A stretch of DNA of 64,000 nucleotides from a virus. Of this stretch, positions 53,504 through 63,035 are shown piece after piece (the stretch's first letter is position 1; every line of letters starts with the position of its first letter). Both the position numbers and the translations under genes were made by a program. Location of the stretch: positions 1 to 64,000 of the IMG/VR virus record IMGVR_UViG_3300010398_000002, one strand, 5' to 3'. The notes under the pieces were generated by a model, which was not told the DNA's origin, did no database searches, and saw nothing but the letters and a program-made list of their open reading frames with translations.

Positions 53504-53728
53504 ATGAGTCAACTGTGGCCACCTGACGAAGACGAACAGCGCGTGCGCACCTATGACGAGCACGGTGAACCGCACGATGACGTGCTACGCACCGAGTCCG
53601 GCAAGGTGATCACCGAACAAGATATAGACAGGCTCGCTGAGGAAGCGCTCATCACGTCGCCTGTCAGTCCCTTGCGACGGGCCGCCGACCGATACCGGCG
53701 GACGAGCCGACAGTGGCCCATCGCCTAG
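53504..53728 (+). CDS. hypothetical protein (74 aa)
   Basis: ATG 53504 after GAAGGAGAAG. ...ITEQDIDRLAEEA... reminiscent of small antitoxin-like proteins (weak). Confidence 0.55.
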   Translation: MSQLWPPDEDEQRVRTYDEHGEPHDDVLRTESGKVITEQDIDRLAEEALITSPVSPLRRAADRYRRTSRQWPIA

Positions 53729-53827
53729 TACCACCACCCCACCACTGGAACGGAGAGACGTGGCTGTGCCTAGCGTGCGGCCACATCTCGCCTGATCCAT
53801 GCGACTGTCCATGCCATGGAGACAGCG

Positions 53828-54091
53828 ATGTCTTACGCCAAGCCCGACCGATTCTTCGACGACGGTTTGATCTACCTGTCCACCCCAGCAGCAACGGTCG
53901 GGCTCGTGGTCAGGCACGGCCGGATCGTTGAGGCCCCGCCCTACGCCAAACGTTGGGCGTTGGGCAAGCACGCCGTGACACTGTGGCGCATGTACTCACA
54001 ACATCCGAGCAACCAACTGGTCTGGCTTCCTGACTCTCCAGCCCCTGCCATACCAAGCCGACTCCATATCACGCGGACACTCCGTACCTAA
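53828..54091 (+). CDS. hypothetical protein (87 aa); 3' end runs into array 2
   Basis: ATG 53828 (or 53816). Overlaps a Zn-ribbon-like ORF 53713..53931 in another frame. Confidence 0.5.
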   Translation: MSYAKPDRFFDDGLIYLSTPAATVGLVVRHGRIVEAPPYAKRWALGKHAVTLWRMYSQHPSNQLVWLPDSPAPAIPSRLHITRTLRT

Positions 54092-55125
54092 GCGCGCCAG
54101 GCCGAACCGACTCTTCACTCCACCGCTCGCCGCCCCGACACGACTCTCCACGTCAGTTCTCAGCGCGCCGTCACGACACTCCTCGCTACCCCTAACCTCG
54201 TCCCGCCGCACCGTCACGACACACCTCGTCACAGGCAGCCCTGATCAGGCCAAACCGTCAACGACCGGCCACGTCGTACCACTCCTGCCCCGACGATCCG
54301 CACCCCAAACCAGTCAGACCTCGCCGCCATGACGATCCGCTCCGACCCCGAACAATCCGAGCCGTCAACGACATACCTAACCGATCCGTGCCGTCCCGTC
54401 CGACAACCCAGTCCACCCCGTAACGACATTCCGGTCCGGCCCGAGCCGCCCCTTGCCGACAGACCGCATCACGACTGACCTCGACACCGTCACGACAGTC
54501 CGCACCAGCCCGAGTCAGTGCCGCCCAATCCTTGCCGTCACGACCATCCTGGCCGAGCCCATCCGCTCCGCAACGACTGACCTCGCCACCTCCACTCCGC
54601 CTCTCGCCGCCCCGTAACGACGGTCCTCGCCACTCTTCGGCCCGCCCTTGCCACTCCGTCACGACGGTCCGCGCCACGTCTCTTGCGAACCCAACCGAAC
54701 CGTCACGACTGTCCAATCCACGCCGCCCCGTGCGACGTACCTGGCCTAGCCCTACCGTTTCGACGTTCCTGGCCCATCCAGCCCGATCCATCACGACGTG
54801 CCGATTCACGCCCGGGCCAACCGGCCCAAGCCGTCACGACGACCCCTGCCTACTCGTCTCCCGCCATGCCGTCCCGTCACGACCTGCCACATCACTTCGA
54901 GCCAGACCGTCATGACATACCACTTCTTACCGGCCCAGACCGGTCCGTCACGACCTACCTCGCCTGGTCACCCCTATCCGAGCCGTTGCGACTCTCTACT
55001 CCAGTCCCGTCCTGACCTAACCATCACGACGTACCTGGCCTAGCCCACCCCGCCCGGTCCGTCACGACAATCCGTGCCTCACCAGACCTACACGTAACGA
55101 CATACCTAATCGGCCCTTCCCGAGC
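54040..55125 (+). repeat. repeat array 2: same CCGTCACGAC(N3)CC unit and orientation
   Basis: 10 exact CGTCACGAC copies (my count) plus degenerate copies (CCGTCAACGAC, CCGTAACGAC, CCATCACGAC, CCGTCATGAC...). Confidence 0.9.
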
Positions 55126-55151
55126 CGGTCCGTCCCCCGAAAGGAGGCCCC

Positions 55152-55505
55152 ATGTCCAGCCGAGATTTCCACCGCGTGCCCTATGGACACATCAGCAACC
55201 GGGGCTTCTGGCACCCCGGTAGATCGGAACGCTGCAGGTCGTGCAGCGAGCCCCGCAAGATCGTCATTCGCCCCGGCAGCAGACGCTGGACCCACTCTCA
55301 ATGGATAGCGCTGGATCGCTGGCTGCTGCGCAACTTCATCGACCTGCGCCAGGTAAGACAGGTGGAGCTGATCATCCAGCAACCGCCTGTACTGGAAGCC
55401 ACCATGCTCGATGGGACAATAATTCGGAAGCCAGTTCGGGTGGCGTACCCGGGCTGGCTCTGGCCCACCATCCCCCCGACCGAGAGGACCAGGAGTGCCG
55501 AATGA
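55152..55505 (+). CDS. hypothetical protein (117 aa)
   Basis: SD GAAAGGAGG. First gene after array 2. Confidence 0.6.
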   Translation: MSSRDFHRVPYGHISNRGFWHPGRSERCRSCSEPRKIVIRPGSRRWTHSQWIALDRWLLRNFIDLRQVRQVELIIQQPPVLEATMLDGTIIRKPVRVAYPGWLWPTIPPTERTRSAE

Positions 55506-55827
55506 GGAGTACGAGAACGTCTTCCGCACCAAAGAGTGGCGTGACTACGCGCGCCACTTCACCAGGGATGTCCTACCCAAGATCACCGACTCGGCGGTAA
55601 CGGTCAGCCTGGCTCCGGGCGGCAAGCCAGACGTGCAGTTCTGCACCGAGCTGGGCTTCTCGATCATGCTCGACAAACCGATCATCGCTGTGGTGCTACC
55701 CGGCCGGAAAGCGCCCACGAAGCTAGCCCAGGTTGCCGACGCGGTTATCACCATCGACCCGGACAAGGAGCCGGAACTGTTCCAACGCACGATGATCGAC
55801 ACACTCCGACGATTGGGACTCGAATGA
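55495..55827 (+). CDS. hypothetical protein (110 aa)
   Basis: Track ORF. GTG start. Confidence 0.6.
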   Translation: MPNEEYENVFRTKEWRDYARHFTRDVLPKITDSAVTVSLAPGGKPDVQFCTELGFSIMLDKPIIAVVLPGRKAPTKLAQVADAVITIDPDKEPELFQRTMIDTLRRLGLE

Positions 55828-56225
55828 CGCCCGAGGAGGAAATCCGACAACTACGCAGGGACCTGAAAGAGCAGAAGAGGAACGGCAACAAGAAGGGCGC
55901 CATCCTCGATGCCCTCGCCGCCATCCTGGGCGAAGACAGCCCGGTGAACAGGCTGAACTGGGACGAGCTACCTGACATTGCCAGAACCCGCATGGACGAG
56001 CTGCAGCGCTTCCAGGCGATGACCGAGGTGGAGCGCGACGAGGTTGACCTGGGCAGGATGCCGGAGGACTGCTGGCTGCAGCTGCGGGTCTGTGGCGCCG
56101 AGGAAGGCACCATCGACCGGCTAGAGGTATGGGCAGCAGAAGCACGCGAGACCGCCAGCTTCGCCGTAATCCTGCGCCAGATGGCGGACGACTTCGAGAG
56201 CGGGATGGTGCACCGTGTCCGCTGA
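55824..56225 (+). CDS. hypothetical protein (133 aa)
   Basis: ATGA coupling. Confidence 0.65.
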   Translation: MTPEEEIRQLRRDLKEQKRNGNKKGAILDALAAILGEDSPVNRLNWDELPDIARTRMDELQRFQAMTEVERDEVDLGRMPEDCWLQLRVCGAEEGTIDRLEVWAAEARETASFAVILRQMADDFESGMVHRVR

Positions 56226-56826
56226 TCCGCAGACCGAAGCCGAACTGATCCGAGGGTGGCCGTTCAGAGACCACATGCCGCTGCGCATCGGCGATGTGTA
56301 CGGGATTCCCTGGGCGATAGCAGAGGGAGGCCCTGAGATCGCCCCGATCATCAACGGCTACGCCCGCATCCCGTGGGAAGGCCACCCGTGGACCGGCTGC
56401 ACCGACTACGAGGAGCTGCCTGTCGAGGTGCACGGTGGTCTCACCTACGGACCAACACCAGAGAGGGACCTGCAAAAGACGATCGACGAACTTGAGAACA
56501 TCACTACCGGAACCGACCATCCGTTCCGCTCGAATCTCGACCATGACATCGCGGTGAGACCGGCAGTAACCTTCGCCGACGTCGGAGGTTGGATCGGTTT
56601 CGACACCGCCCACGCCTGGGACTACTGGTCCGAGGAAGAGCTGGCCCGCTATGGCGTGAAAGAGAATCTCTCGCTCCCGGCCTCCTACCGCGCGCTCTTC
56701 CGCACCCCACGCAAGGACAGCATCTACTGGACCGGCCAGAAAGTGATGGCCGAAGCACGGAAGCTGGCCATGCAGATTCTCGCGGCCCAACAAGAAGGGA
56801 ACGATCATCGCCATGCGCGCCAGTGA
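56215..56826 (+). CDS. hypothetical protein (203 aa)
   Basis: Track ORF. GTG start overlapping the upstream end. Confidence 0.65.
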   Translation: MSADPQTEAELIRGWPFRDHMPLRIGDVYGIPWAIAEGGPEIAPIINGYARIPWEGHPWTGCTDYEELPVEVHGGLTYGPTPERDLQKTIDELENITTGTDHPFRSNLDHDIAVRPAVTFADVGGWIGFDTAHAWDYWSEEELARYGVKENLSLPASYRALFRTPRKDSIYWTGQKVMAEARKLAMQILAAQQEGNDHRHARQ

Positions 56827-57322
56827 GATCGAGATCGGCAAGAGCTACGCGGCCACCGGCAAGGAAATCTCACTGGCCAAGGTGAAGGTACTCGGCACCG
56901 CCCGGCGACCAGACGGCACCCAGGTCTACACCTGCTTGGTCGAGGAAGGCGTCGTCTACACCGGCTGGTCGGTGCGCGGCGCAGCGTTGGACATGGACTA
57001 CTCCGGAGCTGGCCACCAGGTCAGCCTGCAATCACGCGACATCCTGCGGCCCTGGGAAGACGAGGAACTGCGCCGACAGACACGCGCTGAGTACCGGGAC
57101 AAGATCAGAAACGAGATGCGGGAGATGGATCAGATGCTCACCGCGATGGGTTTGCCGGACTCCCAGGTGCAGCTGATCCAGCTTCCGGATAACTGGTACA
57201 CCGTCGTGGCCATTCTGGACCTGAACGAAACGAGGCAGCTATATGCCAGAATCTCCCGAACTACGGTGGGACCGCCTGTTGGCGGCACAACCACACCTTC
57301 CACCGGACCCGAACTTCCCTGA
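56813..57322 (+). CDS. hypothetical protein (169 aa)
   Basis: Track ORF. Last ~25 aa overlap the next gene and look out-of-frame. Confidence 0.6.
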   Translation: MRASEIEIGKSYAATGKEISLAKVKVLGTARRPDGTQVYTCLVEEGVVYTGWSVRGAALDMDYSGAGHQVSLQSRDILRPWEDEELRRQTRAEYRDKIRNEMREMDQMLTAMGLPDSQVQLIQLPDNWYTVVAILDLNETRQLYARISRTTVGPPVGGTTTPSTGPELP

Positions 57323-57614
57323 CCGACCGGACACCGAGTGCTTCCATCTGATGTCGCGGGTCGTGCGTGCCATTGACGACTTCGCCGAAGACCATGAGCT
57401 GTTCACAGCGATACCGATGGTGATCGAGTTGGCGGGCTGCGAGGAGGAGTCCGTCATCTACCAGGCCCAGAATCGCGTCGCGCGCACAGTCATGTACCTG
57501 GAATTGGCCGGAAACACCCAACGGCGGCTGAGCGTGGTGATGGCGGCCTGGATGGACGGCTGGATCAACGGCGCTATGTATCACAGAGAACGATTCCCAC
57601 GAGGTGTGCGATGA
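57243..57614 (+). CDS. hypothetical protein (123 aa)
   Basis: ATG 57243 after ACGAGG. 80-nt overlap with the upstream ORF. Confidence 0.55.
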   Translation: MPESPELRWDRLLAAQPHLPPDPNFPDRPDTECFHLMSRVVRAIDDFAEDHELFTAIPMVIELAGCEEESVIYQAQNRVARTVMYLELAGNTQRRLSVVMAAWMDGWINGAMYHRERFPRGVR

Positions 57615-58294
57615 CCGATGAAAAGGGATTCAGCAGGAGCGTGGCGGGACCACTTGAGAGGGCACTGGTCGAGCTGATCCAGATAGACATGTCGGCAGGC
57701 GCGGTGGTCGTCATGATGAAGGAGTTCGAGGAGGACATCGCGAAGCTGGGCTGGGATGTCGCGCCCTGCCTGTTCTCGGTCTACCGTCTGCTGCCACCCC
57801 GGGAGCTGGCAGACGAGTTCAGTGCGATCGGGGTGATGGCCTCGCAGATGCTCCAGCTCAAGCCGCTCATGCTGGACTGGCAACCCGACTGGCACCCGGT
57901 CGAAGTGGTCAGCTGGCTCGCCAAGCGACTGAAACAGGACAGGAAGATAGCCACCGCAGTGGTCAAGCGGGACGCCGAGAACGACCCGGAGCACTTCGAG
58001 CTGTTCGGCTGGATGCTCTGCAACGAAGCATGGTCAGCCAGGACCAACGAGGAAGAACTAGAGGTCCCACCGTCAGAGAGACCGGACCGCGTCGAGACCC
58101 GCGTGGTCACGCTGATCGACCGCGCCGGGTATCTCTACCAGCTCTACCGCTACCGCAACACGGAGGGAGGCGAGGACACCCACGAGCTGATAATGGACTT
58201 CCGCGACGAGGGCAAAGAGCCGGTGCTGCAAGGTCGAGTGCCCGAAGCCATGATCCGACTGATGGACGCGACCCCCAGCGCAGAACTGGATTGA
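57611..58294 (+). CDS. hypothetical protein (227 aa), last gene of plus block
   Basis: ATGA coupling. Followed by a strong terminator. Confidence 0.7.
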   Translation: MTDEKGFSRSVAGPLERALVELIQIDMSAGAVVVMMKEFEEDIAKLGWDVAPCLFSVYRLLPPRELADEFSAIGVMASQMLQLKPLMLDWQPDWHPVEVVSWLAKRLKQDRKIATAVVKRDAENDPEHFELFGWMLCNEAWSARTNEEELEVPPSERPDRVETRVVTLIDRAGYLYQLYRYRNTEGGEDTHELIMDFRDEGKEPVLQGRVPEAMIRLMDATPSAELD

Positions 58295-58302
58295 CACCTA
58301 CT

Positions 58303-58337
58303 GGCCACGGTCCCTTCGGGGGCCGTGGCCTTTTTTT
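58303..58337 (+). terminator. intrinsic terminator ending the plus block
   Basis: GGCCACGG 58303-10 / CCGTGGCC 58323-30 then TTTTTTT. Confidence 0.8.
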
Positions 58338-58476
58338 GTGCCCAAAACCAGACCTACCATGGGCGTATCCGCCAGATCGTCGTTCTCCTCGATCCGGTGG
58401 GTGGGGAAAACCGCCTGGGGTGGTGCCCGGGCAAACGTTGGGCCGGGCCAATCCTCCTTGATGGCCCGGCCCCTCG

Positions 58477-58848
58477 TCAGACCGGCAACCCGATCGAGAT
58501 CGCGTAGGTGTGCGGGTCGAGCGTGATCGCACCGCCCTGTGCCACGTCCTTGCCGGGCGCAGGCAGCGCCGCGAACGTGAGCAGGTGACCGTTGTAGAGC
58601 GCATCCCATACCCCGACATGGGTGACCCGAGCGGCGGGCAGGCCCGGCCAGGTCAGCTTGGTGGCCAACCAGACGGTGCGCGCGTCCACGGTGGTGAAGG
58701 CGGCCGACTGGCGTGCGTACGACCCGCCGATCAGCTCCGACTGGACCGACCCGTCATGACCGGGGTCAGCGGTGTGCAGGCTCCACCAGCACGGGGTGAA
58801 CGCCTTCAACCACAGCCCGGCTACATAGTCGGTGACTTCTCCGTTCAT
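58477..58848 (-). CDS. small tail-associated protein, 'SLHTADPG...GGSYARQ' family (paralogue 2)
   Basis: ATG 58848 in ATGA overlap with the upstream stop. Track start 58875 rejected. Confidence 0.6.
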   Translation of the reverse strand: MNGEVTDYVAGLWLKAFTPCWWSLHTADPGHDGSVQSELIGGSYARQSAAFTTVDARTVWLATKLTWPGLPAARVTHVGVWDALYNGHLLTFAALPAPGKDVAQGGAITLDPHTYAISIGLPV

Positions 58849-61040
58849 GACGTGCCCGGCTCCTGTCTGAAACACCGTCCCAGGAAGTAGACCGGCTGCC
58901 CGGCCGGGATTCCCTCGGCATAGATCATCACGAACAACAGCCCGGCGTTGGCGTTCTGCGGGAAGTTCTTGCTGGGCCGTTGCTGGAAGTTGGGGTCGCT
59001 GGTGGTGTCGAAGGTCCAGGACGCCTCGTCCTCCAGCAGTCCGGTGGGCCGCCCGCCCTGGCTCTGCAACCCGGGGTAGTAGCCAGCACCCTGGTAGTAG
59101 TTGCCCCAGCCGACCACGAAACTCTGCTGTTTGCCGGTCAGATCACCCGGCGCCTTGGGCGCACCGTTGGCGTCCACGCTCTCGAACGCGCCGGGGAAGA
59201 ACGGATAGTGCTGCCCGACATGGCCCGCCAAGCTGGCCAGATACCCCGGCAGCCCCGAGCCCGGTATCGAGGGCATCGAGGTCGGGTTGATACCGGACGC
59301 GGTGTAGAAGCTCAGGTGGAACCGGATCGGCATCACGTTGCCGTTGATGTCGTAGGCGGCCACCTGGATCAGTCGTATGGTGCCCACCTGCGCGAACAGG
59401 CACGGGATCGCGTAGCCATCCCACGTTTTAGACCAGTTTTTAGTGTAGTTTCCGCTCGCCGCCGGAATACGGATGTAGAAGCGCGGGTGCGCGCGCGGCG
59501 GATACTTCCTGGTCAGCGCGGTCCACGGGAAGACATCGCTGCCGCTGGCATATTTCAGAAATAGGTCTTTGCCGTTGGGGTCCTTGCCGCCCGGGCTGGA
59601 CGGGATGACGCCGGACCCGGCGGCATAGCTCCACGGCTTGCGCAGGTCCTGGATCACCGGGGAGAAGCTGCCGACCTTGAGGCTGCGCAGCGTGGCGAGC
59701 GTGTCCCGGCTGCGCGCCTGCACCTGCTGGATGGTGAGCAGGTCGCGGAACTTGGAGTCCACCGTCAGCTCCACGCTGGAGTCGTTGACGTTCACACTCA
59801 CCTGCGCCACGTGCAACAGCAGCGGCGTCAGCGAGCCCTGGAAGCCGTGCACCAGCAGCGTCATCTGCGGCTTGATCAAGAACCGGGACAGTGTCTTCCC
59901 GGCTTGTTCGGGATCGACCGTGAGCGTCACCGTGCCGGTATAGCCGGGGTGCATCGAGCGGGACAGCTGGGCCTGCGCGGTGATCGCCGCAGCAGCGGGC
60001 GACAGTCCCTGGTCGAACTGGGTGTAGGTCTCCTGGCGCATCACCCTGGAGTCGAACCAGCGGTTGGTCTGCGGGGTGGGCGGGTGCACCTGGCGCTGCG
60101 CGGCGAAGGGCGCGTAGCTGGTGCGCGACCCGTCACCGGAGATCACCGCGTTGGAGAAGCTCACCCCGGCGGTGTCGCTGCCCTGCCCGTAGTAGACGTT
60201 GGCAACCTGGCTCCAGTCCTCGGACAGGCTCAGCACCACGCCCGGCTGACCGACGGTGACTTCTAGCGAGTCTGGCTGCGGGGAGCGCAGGTAGGGCCGC
60301 AACCGCAGCTCCGGCTTGCGCCCCGGGTTGAGCATCACCGTCCACTGCGAGCCGTCCGGCGTATACATCAAAGCCAACAGGGCCTGGATTTGGCCCGTGA
60401 GCATCTTGTTCCAACTTCCGGTGGAGCGTGTGGTGAGACCGGTCCACTTATCACCCGGTTTGACGCCCCAGGGCTTGAGGTAGCTCGGGTCGGTGGCCAC
60501 GCTCTTGGGCACCACCGTGCTCCAGCCGTCCGGGAAAGTGATCTTCAATGCGGCGGTGCGCAGGCTGGCGTGCGTGGCCGGATTGAGCCCGTCCCGGATC
60601 AGCAGCTCGTACGGGATCGGAGTCGGCGGAAACTGCGGATAGGCCAGGAAGTTGTCCGCCTGGAACAGCGCGCCCTTGCACTGCAGCGCGACGGACGTGT
60701 CATCGGGACCCGCCTCGAAGCTGGGATTGACGACGTAGCCCTCCCAGAGCTTGGTCAGCGCGCCGCTGGTCGCGTCCTGCCAGTAGATATCCAGGTTGGC
60801 CCCGGCGACCAGCCAGGGCAGCTCTGGGCCACCAAGACGCTCCATCACAGAGACCTGCGGGAAGCTCACCTGGGCCACGCCAGGACCGAACGGATCACTG
60901 AGCGAATACGACTGAATCTGAGTGGGGATGTTCCGGAAAAAGCTCACGTCCACGGCAGCGCCCCCGGGCGGTGTCATCTTGATCCGGTGATAACCGGACA
61001 ACCGCCGGTCCACCACATCCTGGGTCCACGGCTGGGTCAT
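58845..61040 (-). CDS. minor tail protein (731 aa), tail-tip/hub-like
   Basis: Large ORF two genes after the distal-tail-like protein that follows the tape measure. Position typical of Tal/tip proteins. Confidence 0.7.
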   Translation of the reverse strand: MTQPWTQDVVDRRLSGYHRIKMTPPGGAAVDVSFFRNIPTQIQSYSLSDPFGPGVAQVSFPQVSVMERLGGPELPWLVAGANLDIYWQDATSGALTKLWEGYVVNPSFEAGPDDTSVALQCKGALFQADNFLAYPQFPPTPIPYELLIRDGLNPATHASLRTAALKITFPDGWSTVVPKSVATDPSYLKPWGVKPGDKWTGLTTRSTGSWNKMLTGQIQALLALMYTPDGSQWTVMLNPGRKPELRLRPYLRSPQPDSLEVTVGQPGVVLSLSEDWSQVANVYYGQGSDTAGVSFSNAVISGDGSRTSYAPFAAQRQVHPPTPQTNRWFDSRVMRQETYTQFDQGLSPAAAAITAQAQLSRSMHPGYTGTVTLTVDPEQAGKTLSRFLIKPQMTLLVHGFQGSLTPLLLHVAQVSVNVNDSSVELTVDSKFRDLLTIQQVQARSRDTLATLRSLKVGSFSPVIQDLRKPWSYAAGSGVIPSSPGGKDPNGKDLFLKYASGSDVFPWTALTRKYPPRAHPRFYIRIPAASGNYTKNWSKTWDGYAIPCLFAQVGTIRLIQVAAYDINGNVMPIRFHLSFYTASGINPTSMPSIPGSGLPGYLASLAGHVGQHYPFFPGAFESVDANGAPKAPGDLTGKQQSFVVGWGNYYQGAGYYPGLQSQGGRPTGLLEDEASWTFDTTSDPNFQQRPSKNFPQNANAGLLFVMIYAEGIPAGQPVYFLGRCFRQEPGTS

Positions 61041-61042
61041 GG

Positions 61043-62095
61043 TCAGCCCGTGATCGCGTAGGCAGGCAGCAGTGCCGAAGTGACCTGGGCAGCCTCCGTG
61101 GAGCTGAGCATGTGGTCGAAGTAGTTGACCTCGAACAGGTGCATCCCGGCACAGGTGGCCGGATCGAGCTGGCCGTGCTCACGCCCGAGCACGAAGTTCA
61201 TCGACAGCGGCAGCCTGGACTGGGTCGGGAAGACCAGGTGCATCTGCGAGTTCTTCGGGCCCCACCAGTCCAGCATCGGATGCACCCCGTAACGCACCCG
61301 CACCAGCAGCGGGCGCCCGGTGCCGGAAGACATGGTCTGGTCGATCTGAAACTGCAGGCTGTCCTGGACGGCATTCACCGAGTTCGGGTCGCGCTGCAAC
61401 GCCAGCCGTCGCCCGGGCAGCGAGTCGGGCGGTGTCCAGGGCAGATCGTGGAAGCCGATCACCTCGTCGCCGATGTCCAGGAACGAGTGGTACAGCTGCC
61501 CTCCGACAAGCGGGTCGGTGGACACCACGAACCAGAACTCGATGTCTTCGGCGCCACTGAGGTCATTGATGGACAAGGAGGTGTTCATGCAATTCCCGAG
61601 CCCCTGGTCGAAGACCAACGCCGGGCGCAGCAGCACCTCGTCCGCAGCGGTTTGCTTGATCACCGTGTAGGTGTAGTCGTCCTCGAACTGCGGGTTCCAC
61701 AGGTCGTACGAGGTCCACGCCACGCTGCCGTCGATGTCCAGCCAGTCCATCTCGGTGCCGTCCGGATTGAGGCTGATGTACTCGTCACCGACCAGCCAGC
61801 GCACCGTGGCGCCGTTATCCACGTCACCCGGCAACGGCCTGGTGATGCTCGGGATGGCAGCCCCGGACGGGTCGAGCGTCACGAAGACGGGCACCGCGCA
61901 ATCCAGCACTGGCGGTGCCTTCGGGATGCCGGACAGCACCCGGTAGTCGCTCATCACCGCGCGGAAGTAGCGCAGCGGGACGATCTGTGGCGGCGGGTCC
62001 GACCACGGAATCTCCTGCTCGACGACCAATGACATGCCGATCTGGATGGTGGCGGTGCCACCGGTCTCCTCGAAGCCGCCGTCTGGAGTGGTCAT
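61043..62095 (-). CDS. minor tail protein (350 aa)
   Basis: ATG 62095 (ATGA overlap). Track start 62206 rejected. Confidence 0.65.
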   Translation of the reverse strand: MTTPDGGFEETGGTATIQIGMSLVVEQEIPWSDPPPQIVPLRYFRAVMSDYRVLSGIPKAPPVLDCAVPVFVTLDPSGAAIPSITRPLPGDVDNGATVRWLVGDEYISLNPDGTEMDWLDIDGSVAWTSYDLWNPQFEDDYTYTVIKQTAADEVLLRPALVFDQGLGNCMNTSLSINDLSGAEDIEFWFVVSTDPLVGGQLYHSFLDIGDEVIGFHDLPWTPPDSLPGRRLALQRDPNSVNAVQDSLQFQIDQTMSSGTGRPLLVRVRYGVHPMLDWWGPKNSQMHLVFPTQSRLPLSMNFVLGREHGQLDPATCAGMHLFEVNYFDHMLSSTEAAQVTSALLPAYAITG

Positions 62096-62544
62096 GTCGG
62101 CTGGAAACTCGGGGCCAATGAACTGACCGTGATCATCAGCTGCTGCGGGTGAATCACCACCTGGGCCAACGGCGCCGGAGAGATCGGCGGGTTCAACGTG
62201 CCGCACAACAGCAAGCGCCCCGAGCCGAGATCGGCCACGTCGAGCACCGCATAGGCGTTCAGCACACCCCAGCCACCGGCCTCCGGCACGGTCGGGAAGA
62301 CGATGTCGTTGGCGTTGAACGCCTCGTAGTAGCCGGACGGGTCCCAGTCAGCGTTGTCGTTCGGCACGATCGCGCGCTGGTAACCGGTGGTGGCATCCGG
62401 CTCCAGGATGGTGGACCCGTCGTCGCCGATCTCCGGCAGCGCGGTGCAGAGCCCCAGGTAGTACGTGGCCAGCGGCGCCTCGGTGCGCCCGAACAGCACG
62501 GCGAGGATGTGCGCCGAGCCCGCATTGGTGACGAAGCTGGTCAT
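62092..62544 (-). CDS. small tail-associated protein (150 aa), distant paralogue 3
   Basis: ATG 62544 (ATGA overlap). YLGLCTALPEIGDDG...TGYQR aligns loosely with the SLHTxDPG family. Confidence 0.55.
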   Translation of the reverse strand: MTSFVTNAGSAHILAVLFGRTEAPLATYYLGLCTALPEIGDDGSTILEPDATTGYQRAIVPNDNADWDPSGYYEAFNANDIVFPTVPEAGGWGVLNAYAVLDVADLGSGRLLLCGTLNPPISPAPLAQVVIHPQQLMITVSSLAPSFQPT

Positions 62545-63035
62545 GACAGCGGCCCCATACCGACGACCGGGCTGCGCGGAATCTGCGCCTTGAACGACAG
62601 CTGCCTGGCGAACAGCAGCGTGTTGGAGTAGTCGATCGAGTAGTCGGCCATCTCGCAGTGCCAGGTATATGCCGCTTGGTCCGCTGACCACACTAAGTCA
62701 TATTCAGGCTGACTGAATGTATCTATCAATTGTGCAAGGTTGTCCTGCAGCTCGCCCTGGTTGATCCCGAGCACCCAGACGTTGACCTGTTCCTGGACGG
62801 TGTCCGGCACCGCATGCGTGGTGAACTTCCCGGCCACGTACGGGCTGGTGATCTGCTGGCGACGCCAGGTCTGCTGCGCTGCCTGGAAGCTGTCCCCGGC
62901 CACGATGTAGTGCTCGTGATCGTCCAGGTCCAACCACCCGGCCGGTCCGGTGATCCGGCAGGTGAACACGGGCTCGGTCCAGGAAGCGGGGACACGCGCC
63001 TCACCACCAGTGAGGATGACGCTGAACTCGCTCAC
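62541..63035 (-). CDS. distal tail protein-like (164 aa)
   Basis: GTG 63035 in GTGA overlap with the tape-measure stop. Position immediately after TMP. Confidence 0.55.
   Translation of the reverse strand: MSEFSVILTGGEARVPASWTEPVFTCRITGPAGWLDLDDHEHYIVAGDSFQAAQQTWRRQQITSPYVAGKFTTHAVPDTVQEQVNVWVLGINQGELQDNLAQLIDTFSQPEYDLVWSADQAAYTWHCEMADYSIDYSNTLLFARQLSFKAQIPRSPVVGMGPLS

Noticed and set aside
53713-53931. Zn-ribbon-like ORF (WNGETWLCLACGHISPDPCDCPCHG...)
   Set aside because: The first ~35 aa look protein-like. The remainder is Arg-rich and overlaps the better-supported 53828..54091 frame. It may be a short gene or the product of a frameshift, and this is unresolved.
54258-55043. ORFs inside array 2 (54532..54915, 54683..55015, 54798..55043 plus; 54258..54809 minus with recurring RDG)
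   Set aside because: Same reasoning as for array 1. The RDG/PSR recurrences are just the repeat core read in different frames.
50148-55125. Canonical CRISPR array
   Set aside because: The period is ~33 nt, not 55-75. Only ~10-20 nt are conserved per unit and copies are degenerate. The intervening 'spacers' share the same C-rich composition. No cas1/cas2 or leader was seen. It is reported as a repeat, not as CRISPR.
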